64,000 nucleotides of DNA. Origin: Lama guanicoe (taxonomy: Eukaryota). A program made the translations under genes and the position numbers. Each line of letters opens with the position of its first letter. Within the stretch, counting starts at the first letter, position 1. The notes under the pieces are model-generated. The model worked only from the letters and a program-made list of their open reading frames with translations, did not search any database and was not told the origin of the DNA. Location: NCBI GenBank assembly GCA_013239625.1, contig MU053557.1:3440123-3504122 (forward strand), written 5' to 3'. This document shows positions 40,552-55,500 of this stretch, piece after piece.

Positions 40552-42075
40552 GAAGAACAAAGCTGGAGGCATAAATTTTCCAGACTTTAGACTATGCTAC
40601 AAAGCTGAAATAATCAAAGTAGTGTGGTATTGGCACAAAAACAGACATATAGCTCAATGGAGCTGAATAGAACCCAGAAATAAACCCACACACTTAGGTC
40701 AATTAATGACAACAAAGGCAAGAACACACAATGGAGAAAAAGTCTCTTCAACAAGTGGTGCTGGGAAAGCTGGACAGCTACATGTAAATCAATTAAATTG
40801 GAACCCTCCTTCACACTATATACAAAAATAAACTCAAATGGTTTAAAGACCTATGTATAAGACATGACACCATAAAACTCCTAGAAGAGAACATAGGCAA
40901 AACATTATCTGACATGAATCATAGCAATGTTTTCTTAGGTTAATCTCCCAAGGCAATAGACATAAAAGCAAAAATAAAAAATGGGATCTAACCAAACTTA
41001 AAAGCTTTTGCACAGCAAAAGAAACCATCAACAAAACAAGAAGACAACCTACAAAATGGGGGAAAATATTTGCAAATGATGCAATCACCAAGGGGTTAAT
41101 ATCCAAAATATTTAACCAATTCATACAACTCAATACAAAAAAGCAAACAACCGAATCAAAAGGTGGGCAAAAGACTTAAATAGACATTTCCCCAAAGAAG
41201 ACATACAGATGGCCAAGAGGCACATGAAAAGATGCTCCACATTGCTAATTATTACAGAAATGCAAATCAAAACCACAATGAGGTATTACTTTACACCAGT
41301 CAGAATGGCCATCATCAAAAGGTCTACAGATATTAAAAGCTGTAGAGTATGGAGAAAAGGGAACCTTCCTACACTGTTGATGGGAATATAAATTGGTGCA
41401 GTCACTATGGAAAATAGTATAGAGGTTCCTTCAAAAACTAAAAATAGAGCTACCATATGACCTAGCAATCCCACTCCTGGGCATATATCTGGAAAAGATG
41501 AAAACTCTAAAAAGATACATGCACCCCAATGTTCACAGTAGCATTATTTACAATAACCAAGACATAGAAACAACCTAAGTGTCCATCAACAGATGAATGG
41601 ATAAAGAAGATGTGGAATATATATATATATATACAATGGAATATTACTCAGCATAAAAAAGAATGAAATACTGTCATTTGCAGCAATATGGATGGACCTA
41701 AAGAATACTATACTAAGTCAAGTAAGACAGAGAAAGAAATAAGGTATCACTTACATGTGGAATCTAAAAATGAATACAAAAATATCTATATACAAAACAG
41801 AATCAAACCCCCAGACATAGAAAACAAATCTGTGATTACTGAAGGGGAAAGGGAGGGGTGGAGGGATAAATTAGGAGTACAGGATTAGAGACATAAACTG
41901 CTATACATATAAATAAGCAACAAGGATTAACTGTATAGCACAGGGGGTTATGTTCAATATCTTATAATAACCTATAATGGAAAATAGTCCAAAAAATATA
42001 TATATAACTGAATCACTTTGCTATACACCTAAAACTAGCACAATATTGTAAATCAACTATATGTCAATTTTTTAA
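40552..42075 (+). mobile_element. 5'-truncated L1, ~1.5 kb (ORF2 C-terminus plus 3' UTR, disrupted)
   Basis: ORF track 41209-41391 ([37 protein letters not shown]) is classic L1 ORF2. Multiple frameshifts and stops. Confidence 0.95.
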
Positions 42076-45000
42076 AGAGACTTCTTGAACCAATAATCTG
42101 AGCTTTCACATTAGGAAACCAGGGGAAAAAAAGAGCAAAATAAACCAAAGAATACAAAAAAAAAATTCTTTTTGGTTTGCTTCTTGTCTTAACCAAGTAA
42201 TATATGTCCATTGGAAAAAAACCTAGAAAACCTTATCAACAAAAATTTTAAAATAAATAAAATTCATATATTTCTACCACCTAAACACTTTTTATATTTT
42301 TCTACTGCCTTCATGTCTTTTTTATCTAAGCATATGTGAACATATTTTCAACATAGTGTTTTTAAATCTAGATTTTTCACTGAATGTATTCTAAATGTCT
42401 TTCCATGTCATTAAATTTTTAAAATCTGTAATAGTGTTTAAAGCATTTACAGTGCATGCCTCCTGCAATGTTCTTTCACTGTATTTTCACTATATTCCAA
42501 CCAGTCAAGGTAATTTTATGCAATTTTATTTTTAACAGTTCGCTATTACAAATGAAAGGTTAAATTAATATGCATTTTTGAGCCATCTGCAATTCCCTCA
42601 CCCCTTCTTGGATTCTAGTCTACTCCTTAGATTGTGTTTTCCTCCCCCCCCCCACCTCCCCCTACCTCATTTCCCTTGTGGAGATTTCAGGCTAATGGGA
42701 AAAATAAGCCAGGTTCGTAAGTAACTGTAATCACTACTATAGGCAAATGAAAGGACTCTGGATTTCAGAAAGGATTTCTTCCATCAGTTTGCAAATATGC
42801 CCACACATCTGATAGTAGAAGAATGAAAAGATCCTTCTAGACACATTTACTTTTTTTTTTTTCCTTTCAAGGGGAGCAACGAGAGAAAAAAAGAAAAGGC
42901 TGTATCTTTTTCTCTCCTTTTATAGTTTCAAAAAAATCAAGAATGGACAGGACACTAGGAAAAAAAAGAAGAAAGGACAGGAGGCCTGCTCATGTCATAT
43001 AGCTGGTTGACGGCTGAACAAAGACTAAACCTAGGATTTCTGAATTCCAGTTGTGTGCCCTCACACTGGGTCACACGCGTTCACCCTAAAAAAACTGCAG
43101 CTAGAATAAGTCAACTTATTCCATGATGAAGTCTGTGGGAGAAGAATACTTGTCAAGTCAAGGGGTTCTCTGATTTTACAAGAAATTTTACTGACCTGAT
43201 ATACAACTGTAAAACCTGTCATGAGAAATAGGAAAGAATGAAAAAGACAATCTCGACTCCTTTCATTTGATGTTTTTCTATCAAGCAGAGATGTGTGCAT
43301 ACTTTGATGAAAATATCACACATATGGCAAGCTGGCTCCCCACACGGCCTCTAAAAAGGGAAATTGTGAAGTGACTTTCTGAACGTGCAAGAGCAAATAT
43401 TTTATAGGGCAGAGAATGCTCCTGCCTTGGGGGTCTGCTTCTACACGTTCATCATGTTGAGGGGAAAGAGTCCTTGAATATAATCTAATACAGCCCCTTC
43501 AATAAACTAGAAAACCTCTTAATACCTCTGTCAATCAGTCGGTCACATGCTTGCTTGAACATGAGCGCTTATGGATGCAGTATCTGGGCTGAAGCCAAGA
43601 AAAAGTAAACTCAATACTTTCATTCATTGGACTGACTAATTAGCCCTGCAGTCTACCACACTGTATGCCTTTTTAGATGTATGGTTTGGAATGAATGAAT
43701 AACGTTTTTGCTACACTGAGGCAACATCTCTTTCTTACAAACAGACAAACACATACACTTATACATACTGAAAGAGAACAGTGATGAAAAAGCCAACATT
43801 GCTATTACCTTGGGAAGTATTTATCATGACACAAGACTGATGGAAAATGTGATGACAGTCACAGAGTCATGAACATATTTACAGCTGGAAGGGTCCTTCT
43901 TGTAGATATACTAGCCCAAGACTTTCCTTTTACTTAAAAGGAAATAGAGAGTTTAAGAGATCTGCTCGGGCTTTACAGGTTTCTGCCTCAGCGTCACCTG
44001 ACCGCACAGAGACACAGAGAGTGTACCGATTATTTAATTCAGAGGCTGGAGTACTGATAATCACAGCTCAAAGAGGGAAAAACACCAAGGCGAAGGCAGG
44101 CGGAGCAGGATCAATATGCTCATTAAACACTCAGTTACCTTTTCCCCTCCGGATTTATATTTTCCCTTACTTTCTGGGTTACTGTGTATGTATTAAATAC
44201 AGAAAAAATAATCCTGAAAGAGTCCCTTGGCTGCAACTGGAATCAATGTATCTAACATGTTTTCCAATACTTACTGTGCATGTGGCCTCATTACATTCAC
44301 ACACCAGGGAAGGTTCAAGGGGGAAAAAACTGCAGGAAGCCATTCAAAATTTGCTCTTTAGGATTTAATAGTCATTCCTTACTTCAGTCTTAAGGTCTGT
44401 TTTCTAATACACATCCAGTACACTGAAATTCAGAGCACAGCAAACTATGCATGCCGCCAAATGACCTCTTCGTGCAGTTTTGTTTTAAAAATCCATATTC
44501 TGCATTATTCTCAAAAAAGGCGGTATCAGTGGCTTGCTTCCATGTCACTCTAACATTCCTTTTTAACTTTAAGGCCAGACAGGTTACAGTGTCCTCCCCT
44601 ACTTTCAGGTGGTAAACTCTATCTTTCATCTTCACGAATTTACTCTTTTTCTTCATTTATGTTCGTTGATTGATGTTCTTCAGTTTTCTTGTATAGATTT
44701 TCACATGTTTGATACCGAATTGGCCAATGTTCTTCAGTCCCGATAAAGGCCCCCATGTCTCTTGGCAAAGTTTCAGTGCCTCAACGCTTACTGCTAACTG
44801 TACTGGGATTGAGTCTTACTCATCTTTGTATGTTCCCCACTCTCTACTCCTCCACACATACACCTTAGAAGAACACATCGTAGGTGTTAAATTATTTTTA
44901 AACATAATTTTCCTTTAAAATCAGGACCACAAATGCAAAGAATACGTTTTTGTATGTGGTTTGAAGAATTATACCGAAGTTCTCTTTTAATTCAAAATGT

Positions 45001-46199
45001 TCAAATATATCCCTAGTTTCTTCCCCAGGTGATGTCATAAAGAGAAAAATCTAACCTTTGGTTAGTCATTCACATAAGAAATAAGATATCTGGGTTATCT
45101 TAAGACTCATAAATTAGATGGGTTTGGTCAGGTAGCGTTACAATATACGAGCTAATGTGTAGTATTCCAATGTGTAATATAAAGCAACAGGAAATGGTCA
45201 CTAAGAAGTCATTCACATTCTGTTTTTATTTCTTCAGTAAAGATCAAATATAATTCAGCTAAAATAAAACTCTGTATCTTGATGGCAAATGTTAAGGTAC
45301 TTGTTTTTGTTAGAGGCCATGTCCTTTGGCAGCTGAATGGGAAAGCCACAGCATTACGTTTTGGTGGCCACACATTGCATGTTTTATCATTAACTCTTGT
45401 TTATAGACCTGTCTCCTTTGCTACTTTATAAGCCTTTTGAAAAGAGGGCTCTGATCTCATACACCTAGTATAAAGACAAGCACTTAGGAACCACTCTGTG
45501 AATCATTTACTAGCTCGTGGAACATTCTCTGCCTTAGTTTCCTCAGCTGAAGGAGTAAGAAGCATGGTACCTACTTCCAAGGCATACGCTTGTGAAGTGT
45601 TCAGAACTCACAGGGCATCCGGCAGGTGCTCATTCGGTGCTGCTCCACAGCACAGCTCTGGGAGGCATCCTTCAAAGTCCTCCCCGGAGCTGTGCAACCC
45701 CAGACCCTACTGTCAAAGTGTGAACTGTCATCGGCAATAGCATCACTGTCACCGTCATCATCAAAAATTTCACTGCATCTGAACTACACAGAGGGCGGCA
45801 AAAGTATAAGCAGGTCCTTCATGATGGAGATAACCGTGCCTACTTCCTAAAGGGAAAAGGTCAGAATTTTGAAGACTTTCCTGGGGGTGGGGGGTTGTTC
45901 TCTCATTACATAATCATTGCTTGAGATCTTCAGTGAAAATGAATTATGACTAAGTCACATGGTGGTAAGCTTGGAGTTCTGTCTTATTAACATCGATTCC
46001 AGTAAACACTGTGGACTAAAACCACTAGAGGCTGATGAAAATAAGATGATGACTATCCAAATGAAAATAAAATCTTTAGTTTTTAAAGAAATTAGATATT
46101 TTGGCACACAAAATATCAATTACAGCTATATATCATAAGGTTTTCAAACAATTTTGTGAAAGGATCTTTTTTCTCAAAACTTTAGGAGGACATTCAAAG

Positions 46200-46201
<2 letters not shown>

Positions 46202-46231
<30 letters not shown>
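46202..46231. repeat. (GT)n microsatellite
   Basis: Directly visible. Confidence 0.95.
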
Positions 46232-46235
<4 letters not shown>

Positions 46236-46879
46236 AGCCTGGATCCTAACCTCCCAGTCTTTTCCTTCTCTCTCCAGCTCACAACCAAGGGACACTGTGG
46301 TTGTCTATGGAAAACAGTTTGGAACCTCTGATCCACAAAGGGCAAAACTTCTATCTTCCAGAAGCCCTGCAGAGTCACTCTGGATAGTCAACTACCTGAT
46401 TTCTGAATAATTTAGAAATTTTGATGACCAAATCTTTCATTTAAAAATATTCACCACATTTTGCTAATTAATAAGTAAATTTTATTTTAGTAAATTTGGA
46501 AATCATAAAAAAGTCAATGAAGAAATTTCTCATGAAGTTACCACCCAGAATTAATTCCTGCTAATATTTTGATTTACAGTATTTGGGTCCTTTAAAATAT
46601 GTGTGTGTGTAATTTTTCCTTTCTCACAAAATTGGAATTAAATCCAATTTTTTGATTTTTGACTTTTTTTTTCTATCTGAAAAGACATATCTTGCATATT
46701 TTTCTGTGTTACTGAACCTTTTCTACAAAATACTGGAGCTTTCTTATATTCTATGTTTGGCACAGGCCACAACTGACTTATCATATATACCTCATCTATA
46801 TGTATGGACAGACAAATCAAGGATTCAGCCTTTTCTCACTCAAACCTGACTTGTCAAAACTCCTGCTATTCCCTACAAG

Positions 46880-46897
46880 AAAAAAAAAAAAAAAAAA

Positions 46898-46936
<39 letters not shown>
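46880..46936 (+). repeat. Poly(A) tract A18-C-A38
   Basis: Directly visible. Confidence 0.95.
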
Positions 46937-46938
<2 letters not shown>

Positions 46939-49103
46939 AAACAAAAAAGTCTTACATTGCATGAATTTAGAACCACAGAAGCGATAAGAACACAGATACT
47001 ATACTGTCCATAGCATTGAGTTCTGGAATTCATGCTGCTGAGTCTATTGTGCAATTGAGAATTTTCCCCAGAGATGAAGTTTCTGTAAAACTGCTCTCTG
47101 AATCTTCAGAGAAAAAGAAAATTTTCATAGTTTACAGCATTGTGGAAAATACAGTGTAAAATGTTTTCTTGCTTTTTTATTGCTTGAAAAAAAAAGTAGG
47201 AAGGAAAACTAGGTAATTTTCTTTTATTACAATATATTTAATATCTTTCATTTTAAAAAGGGAATCCTGGATTATATTGTACAAATGCACACAGCTCACC
47301 AATGACCTCCTATTGGTTATTTAAACACAAAAATCTCCAAATGGTTTATGTGAAGACTGGGATTCCTTCAGCTCCTTGCTGTCCTGAGGAAACTGAGGAC
47401 TGAGGAAACTGGTTGTGTGGGCTTTGTTCTTGAACGTCACTTTAATAGAGTGTTGCTATCTTTTGGGTCTTGATTAATATTTAACAATAATAATAACATT
47501 AAAAATACATTTGTCTCTCTTTTTAATTTTCAGGAGCACAATCAAGTTTTCACTACAAGGGGGAAATGGCGTAGCGTATTAGTTAAGACCATCTTGGAGT
47601 CAGGCAGACTTGAGTTCAGAATCTGGTACCATCAGTTATCAGTTAGATAATCTTGACTAAACAGTAAACTGCTTTACCTCAATAAATCTTAGTTGAGTTA
47701 TGCATAAAATAGGGATACCATTACCTTCTTCAAAGCATGTCAGTGCATGTGTGCAATGACTTCAGGGCAACGCTAGCTTCTAGGAAGGGTGGCAAAACAA
47801 ACACAAACCAACGTCGCAACAACAACCGACATTAATGTCAAATGTGTTTTGAAACAAATTTCTCAGAGACTTTTAACTTAGTCCAAAAAGTAGATTAACG
47901 TGCCTCATAATCCCTATTTATTATTGTAAACAAAAGTTATATTTGGCTCATCAAATGAAAGATCTATCTTCGGAGAAGAAAAACAGGATTGAATACTGAT
48001 TCAAGACCATCCTCGTCAACACGTGCGTTAATCGTTGAGGCCAGTCAGCTAGAAGCCATCGTGGTCACTTCACAAAAACAAAGACTTCTGTGGAAAACTC
48101 TGGTGCTATTTACCTATTCCATCTACATGTTACATATATTAATATTCTATTTAAATTTGGCCCCTTTTCCTTGTAAAAACGGGAAGTTCCTTTCGGACGG
48201 GGACCAGGGATAATGATGGGAGTCTATGAATGCCTTCTATTTTGAGGACCTTCAGTTAGGCTTCTGTGGTATTGGTGATGATGATAATACACATATGGGA
48301 ACTATGTTTGTTCTTCCCCACCCCCCAAAATCCCCATCAAAAGCTCTTGGTCTATTTAGTTTCCATACACAACTATACGCTCATCGATTGTACATGAAAG
48401 GAAAGACTTGGTGAGGACAACCAAGTGGCCTAAGTTACCTTAGTGCCTGAATTAGGACTTAGCGTGCAGGTCAGATCATGTCCTAATTCTCTGGCCCTGA
48501 TTCACATCACTGATGGATCATTTGGTTGTGTGGGGCCACATCTCGTAGAACAAAAAAATTTCGAAGTAAAGAAATCCGGATTTGAATCCCAGACATTTCA
48601 CTTAGTGGTTATGTAATGCAGGACACAGGTAGGTACTCTGAACTTTACCCGGAGGGTGATTATAAGTGACAGAACATAACATAATGTAATGTAATATAAT
48701 ATAATACAACATAATATATAGTATCTTCTCTACCTATACGCTTGTGAAAACTTAAAGTATCAAAAGTCTTTCATAACTTGTAAAATAAAGTACTAAACAC
48801 ATTACTTACTGTGAAAAATGCCTTTGCTTACTGATTATGAAAGAGATAAAAAAAATTGATGGGGCATAAGAAGAGAAACTTGAAAAGCTGCAAATTATCC
48901 AGTTGAAATGTCATTGGGATTGCCCCCAAACCAGATCAACAGCATTAAATTTCATACAGATACCTCATTTTAATCAAATGCTCATCTGCTGTTAAATTCA
49001 TTTCAGCTTCCATATTAACGAAACCTGAATGTTTCTTTAAAGAACAAAAATCATGCTTAACTGGGAAATTGTATATGGTGTGGTGCAATGAAAATGGGCT
49101 AAA

Positions 49104-49473
49104 CAGGGGTCAAAACCCTACTGTTTCAAAGACCAGAGAGTTAATGTGAATTAACTGCGGGTTGGGGGCATGGGGTGTCGAGGGAGCACATGCTGATGAG
49201 CACAGGACCACCAGGAGGAACGTCCATCACTCAACCCCAGATGTGCCGCCATGAGATGTGGGCCTTGTGAGGCCAGATTTTCTTATTTTCTAAGAGGAGG
49301 CAAGTATTCAGATATTTTTTGAAACTGTCAAAATTATAAAATTTTGAACAAAAGTGTGTTTTTAAAAATATTGTGCTGGGAGCATATACTGTTGCTTATA
49401 AACACTTTATATATGTTTATAAATGCTCCCTTGAGCTGGGTCCACCCAGCAAGGCTCCAGTTTTTAACCACTG
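49104..49473. mobile_element. hAT-Charlie fragment (MER102-like)
   Basis: caggggtcaaaa...ggccagattttcttattttctaagaggagg...ccagtttttaaccactg. A related fragment lies at ~28220-28450. Confidence 0.55.
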
Positions 49474-52132
49474 TGCTGTAAAATCAGATGGATCTTACTT
49501 CAGTCTTAGCTCCCAGCTCACTAACTGAATGGCTTTGGCTAAGAAATTCAACCCACCCAAGCTTCACTTCCCTCTTGCAAAGTGGGAGGCACAATGCCTC
49601 TGTTGTGCGGGCTGCAAAAATGGACATGGACGAAAACAGCATAATAAGTACATAATAGGTACTCCAAGAATTTAGCTCTTTTTCTGGAAAAAGAGGAAAG
49701 TTAAGTTGCTCTGTTTTCTTCTTTTTATCCTAGTTACATTCAGAGCATGTCAGATATCCTTTTTATTATGAGGGTCAGGGCTACCTCATTTGTTGTTGGA
49801 ATAAATTGATTTACTTGAAGTATAAACAAAATTCGAAACTCTACATGTCCCCAATGTTTCTAAAGAATAGAGATAAGTCAGCATCAAGTCTGAAAAAATT
49901 TTCAGACTGACCCAAGGGAGAGTGCTTCTTTGCAAAAGCCTGTCTCCTGAACAAAATGCTTTTCTACTATTTCATCAGCTACTGTCTGTCATAAAGAGCC
50001 TTTCGTTCGGCAAACACCATTTGAGGACATCAAGAAAGTGGTTAGCGATAGCACCATGTGAACTAGGAATGGATCAATTCTGCTTAGATTACAGTTAAAT
50101 ATACAAAGCTTGACGTTTCAAAGCAAAGGATTATATAAAATAAATTAAGATACCTGATGGTTTCAAACTACAGAAATGTTAGTGAAAGTTCAGTAAGCAA
50201 ATGGCCAGTGAATGGCTAGAAAAATTAACCTTGTCTCTTTACCACTTTCCAGGGGTCTTGGCTAAGCCATTTAGACTTGATTTCAAAACCCATAGAGTGA
50301 AGAGAAAAATACAAAATCACACACCACAGTTAAAAGAGACTGGACAAGACGTGTAGCTAAACCTGTTCAGAAACGAGCATTTGTGTGAATCGGGCATGTT
50401 TAAGCATGTGTTTGCAGACTGGGCTCTTTTCAATCTACGGAGGATAAAACCCGGAAGGTCGCACAGTCGTAGAAGAATCAACTTCCCTTGTTGCAGGCGG
50501 ACAGTTTCCTTTCTCTTGTTTCAGAGTGTGGCACTGCATCCTGTGGAGCCTCAAATGTGGACAGTCTAGCTGAGGAGAGAACAGGATGGCTAAAATGCTC
50601 CTTCTGTGTAAATTAACTAGGGGTAAGGGGTTCCTTGTTAATATACTTTCTAAAAGAGAGGGTTTATTTTGAATGGTTGCTAATGTTTTAGGCATCTGGC
50701 TCAAAATCTTGTAAATTCTAAATTGTGTAGACGCTTTTAGTAAACAAAAGGCTTTAAAAATAAAAGTCATAATTCAAATATTTTCCTTAATACAGCAAAC
50801 AATCATATATTCTCTGAAATACAAATTCTGCTTAATTAACTAATTAACAACCACTTAAATTCCTCCTTAGGAGATGCAGGAGACAAAGACTAAGCCAGTG
50901 GAGCAGGAGTACTTCCCTCCTCTGGGTCCAGGTAACCAGAGCAGAGCAGACAATGGAGAAACTTCAGTAATGCCAGAGTTCCCATTTTCATAAACGGAGT
51001 TATCTAAGAAATTCATAAGAAAGCAAGTTTGGGATCTATAATATCTTCAAAACACCTAAGTCCCTCTCTCTCTCTTACCACTGTCAATTAGCAGAATAAT
51101 TGTCTGTGGCTTATCATACGACTTCAAAGTGTTAATTTTTAATTTCAACTCTCTAGATTGGCTATTGTTATAAAAAAAAATTAGTGTCTTGCAATCCTTT
51201 CAATGGCTTTAATGGCTTACTGGTAGAATGACACGATATCCTAGACTTTACAGAATGGTACTCACTTAAAATGTTCTGTCTAGCTGTTTTCATCAGTATT
51301 CTTGCATTTAAAAAACAATTTTTGTTTTGGAAAATATGTTCAAATTAGGTACATCTGATCTACGAATAGTTTAAGGCCCTTAAATATGGATCAGTTAGGA
51401 GTACGGAGTAAGAGCTCAGCTTACTTTTGGAAGGCACCTCTCTCCACGAAATGTTGCACCAGAAGGAGGAACGTGAGTGAGAAACGCTTGGTTTACGTTT
51501 TCATTGTGGTTATACTGGGTCACACTTTCCAGGGGAACATTTCCAGTTTGGACCAGAAGGCATGATGAAGATATCACGCTCTTTTCTTCAGCACATGCTC
51601 ACAAGGCTTTTTTAGAGTCATAATGATTTCAGCAAAATTTCCTTCCTGAAAATAATACCAATGAATTTTTTTCTGATGAAACAGTGTTAACTAAGCTTAG
51701 TCAGATTTGGTTTTCTATCTATATTTTAACTTCAGTTGACTCCAGAATTTCAAGCCCTGTGGTAAATGATCTTGATTTAGATGCCAAATAAAGAAAGGGA
51801 ACGAAGACTTTTTCCCCATACTGAAGTTTCAGTGCATCAGCAGGTCAGGCACCTCTAGAGATGGCTGCTACCAGCAACTTGAAGACACTTCTCTGTGTTT
51901 GCCAAGCAGACCCCTCTGCTCCAGGTCACTCTTCACATTTTGATTTCAAAGCTTTCATGAAAGCAAGATTTTTGCCTTAATTTATCTTTTGAGTATCATT
52001 ATCGCCTCTGTTTCTGTTTCAGCCTAATTTTGGGATATAGGTATGAAGGAATGATTTGTCTATGACAGAATTTAGCAGAGTGTATTTCTAGAAAGCAAAA
52101 TAGCTTTGAGTGTGTATCATATAATTTGATGC

Positions 52133-52587
52133 TAAAAAGAATAAAATAATGCCATCTGCAGCAACATGGATGGACCTAGAGATCATCATTCTAAGTGAAG
52201 TAAGCCAGAAAGAGAAAGAAAAATACCATATATCATTCATATGTGGGATCTAAAAAAAAGGAAAAAGGAGGACACTAATGAACACATCTGTAAAACAGAA
52301 ACAGACTCGCAGACATAATAAACAATCTTATGGTTACTGGGGGAAAGCGGGTGGGAAGGGATAAATTTGGGAGTTTGAGATTTGCAAATGTTACCACTAT
52401 ATATAAAAATAGATTAAAAAAACCAAATTTCTTCACTGTAGCACAGGGAATTATATTCGGTGCCTTGTAATAACTTTTAATGAAAAAGAATATGAAAACA
52501 AATACATGTATATATATGCATGACTGGGGCATTATGCTGTACACCAGAGATTGATGCACTGTAACTGACTACTTCAATTAAAAAAAG
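52133..52587 (+). mobile_element. 5'-truncated L1 3' end
   Basis: aataatgccatctgcagcaacatggatggacctagag...gactacttcaattaaaaaaa, similar to the copy at 24504-25098. Confidence 0.92.
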
Positions 52588-55500
52588 ATAATTAAATTAC
52601 TAACTTAGTTTAATAAATTACAGTGAAAACAAAGGTACTCCCTGAATAGTGTCATTATTTCTGACTTGCAATTCAGTTTTGAAAGGGAATCAGTGGAGCC
52701 ACAGAAATGTTCATAGCTTCTTATTTATGTCATAGCACATAGTGAACAATTTTTAACGATGGATTGTTAAATGCTGTGATTTGTTACCTTTAAGAATTCG
52801 CTTTTCCTTTGTCAAAATCTTAAAATCCCGAGAATATCACCTATATGAATACAATCCATTTTGTTTTTACAGGCAAAATAAAAGGATGAGAGTCACAGTG
52901 TAAAGAACGCCTAGTGGAAAGCCCTTCTACAGTCGGAGGCCAGAGGTCCTTCAGGGGGCCATCCATTTATTCGCTCGTTCAACCAGACTTTATTGAGCAC
53001 CTATGTTGCACCAAGGCAACCAGTATTAATTAACAGTTTCATTTTCTGCCCTCAGAGAGCTTACCATCTGGCGAAGGGTAGGGGAAATCAAGTAAGCAAA
53101 TAAACAGCTTTATAATCACAACTTCAACAAATGCTACGAAGGAAACACAGAGGGTCCAGAGAGTAATAGTGGAGATGTACTTAAGGAAACCTCTCCAAGG
53201 AGTTATATTCAAAGCTCAAACTTAAAGTGTAAGAAGAATCCAGCCATTCACATTTTAAAAGGGGAAGAGTCAGATGACTGGTCTTTCATTTAAAAACTAT
53301 CTACAGGGTTAAGAAATACACCGATGCCAAAAATGTATCTCAGTTTAGTCTGAGGAGTGATATGACAGTTAATGTATGTTGTTTAAATGTTTTCATGAAG
53401 GATTCAAGTTGTCACAGAGGTTAAGACTACAGGATGCCACTACTGTACTGAGGAAAAATAACATGAATCTGGAAGAGATTTGGTTTGGTTTCATTTTTTA
53501 AATTTCCACTTTACGTGCACCTGGTGAAAGTCCTAGTGACTCAAACACTGACTTGGGCTTAAAACTCATTCATTATCAGCAGACAAGGGATGACCAAGGT
53601 TAATTTAATGCCCATTGTGAGACGGAGAAGCAGCTCAGAATTACAGATCTCATATTTCCTGGAAATAATGCTTGACTCACAGCTGCTGTAAATCAAGCAA
53701 GATCTACCTGTATCATGAGAAGTATTTTAAAGCAAAGTGTAAAGACCCCAAAGTGAGGAAAAAATATCTTGAATCATCAAGAAAAATGCACCCTGAGATT
53801 AAAAATTTAGCAGAGGCATATTGCATTAACATGGGAAGATGGCCACCTTACATAAAGTAAAAGAACTATAAAACAATGCTTAGAGTATGGGCCCATTTAT
53901 GAAACTGTACATCTGAGTTGTTTATACTGGCATATAGGGAAAAAAATCTAGACAGAAATATTCCAAAGTGCTAACAGTAACGACTTCTTGATGGTAGGTT
54001 TCTGGGTGATTTGCTTTTTATACATTTCTGCACTTTTTTCTCCCCTCACAATGAGGATATATTTTTTTTCAATGTAAAAAAAAAAGCCATTAAAAGAAAA
54101 TTTAATTGTACTGGTGAATATTGATTTAAAGTAAAAAATGTTTGATGGATCTCACTTGCACTGCAGGCTAATTATTTATAAAGGACATTTCACAAATGTG
54201 GAATAATAGTTCAGATGGCATGATTTGCTCTTTGGCCAGCACTGAATTACCAGTCAGACAAGGTACATGCCTACAGTGTCAGTAAAGAAAGGGAGACACC
54301 AAACAGTTAGAATATTTTGGAGAAAAGTATTTGATTCTCGATATTTCAAAGAAGTATAAAAGTATGTGTCCAAGGAGAATATCAGAAAGTTGTTGAACTG
54401 ATGTATACTTATTTATGATTTGATATCATTTAAATTTTTAAGAACATGTAGGTAGAAGGATGCTTAGGACGTACTGGTAGGAGGTATGGCTACCTTTTTT
54501 CAAGGTCTAGGACCTAAAGGAATTAATTTGGTCCTAACCACAGAAAAAAAATTGTGTTACTTCCCAACTTGTATGTCATTAAAAATAGAAATACTTAGCC
54601 ATAAAATTAGTGCACATCAGTCCAAGAAGGTTTCGATTTTCCCCAGATAAATGTCTTTACACTTTTGTGAAATATCATGAATCCCAAATTTTCCCAAAAT
54701 AATTTTTGTGTCTACCTTTTTTTTGTCTGACATCTAAAGAATACACTTAGTCTATCTGGCAATTCAATGTGACCAAAGAACACATCATGGCACTTGAACT
54801 ATTCAAATAAAAATCCAATTAAAGATGTGCTACATTTAATGCAGATTTACTATATATTACTATTTTAAAATTCAAATCAACAAGATAATTTGATAACTTT
54901 TCTAGTATGGCAGATTTGGGCTAATGAGGTGTGAAATTCGGGCTCAGTTAGACTATTTACCAGTCCCAAACTTGGACAAGGCTAACCTCTCTGAGACTCT
55001 TTCCACTTATTTAAAATCATTATGATATGATGACACTAGCTTTACTGGCATGATAGAATTTGGGGGAATATAAGATGAAAAATAAAGAATGTAAAATGAC
55101 TTGGAGACCCACAAAAGATTATACCAAGGTAAGGTATAATGATGGTGCAGATTAGAACCATGTTGTTCTAGTCATTAAGTATTTCACGAGTGTATATCCT
55201 GTATCCTCCCCACCAAGGAAATTCTACGTTGCTAGCATACGCACACTGTGCTGGTCATATAAGAGGTCTACAAATAGGTGTTTTTCAATTATTAATTCAC
55301 CATGTTTGAAACTCATTTTCACTTGGTAGAATAACAGTTGGGATGTGCAAATACAGGGAACTGTAACTGACCTCTCAGAGTGACACCAAGTATAAATCTA
55401 GTTTATTTTAGTAAAAACCAATTGAGTAATTTAAGTTGAAACTTCCAAGATAAATCTGGTTTTCTTTTAGGTTCCAACCATGGAAAACAAAGCAACAATG

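Noticed and set aside
40614..41888. Several ORFs including the L1 ORF2-like peptide
   Set aside because: Fragments of a truncated, disrupted L1 or its antisense strand.
44390..44780. Purine-rich, exon-like minus-strand segment and 88-aa ORF (MKKKSKFVKMKDRVYHLKV...)
   Set aside because: Stops in the adjoining frames, no convincing splice-site pair and no recognisable homology.
49887..49908. 10-bp inverted repeat agtctgaaaa-aa-ttttcagact
   Set aside because: Short, AT-rich and isolated, so compatible with chance or local template switching.
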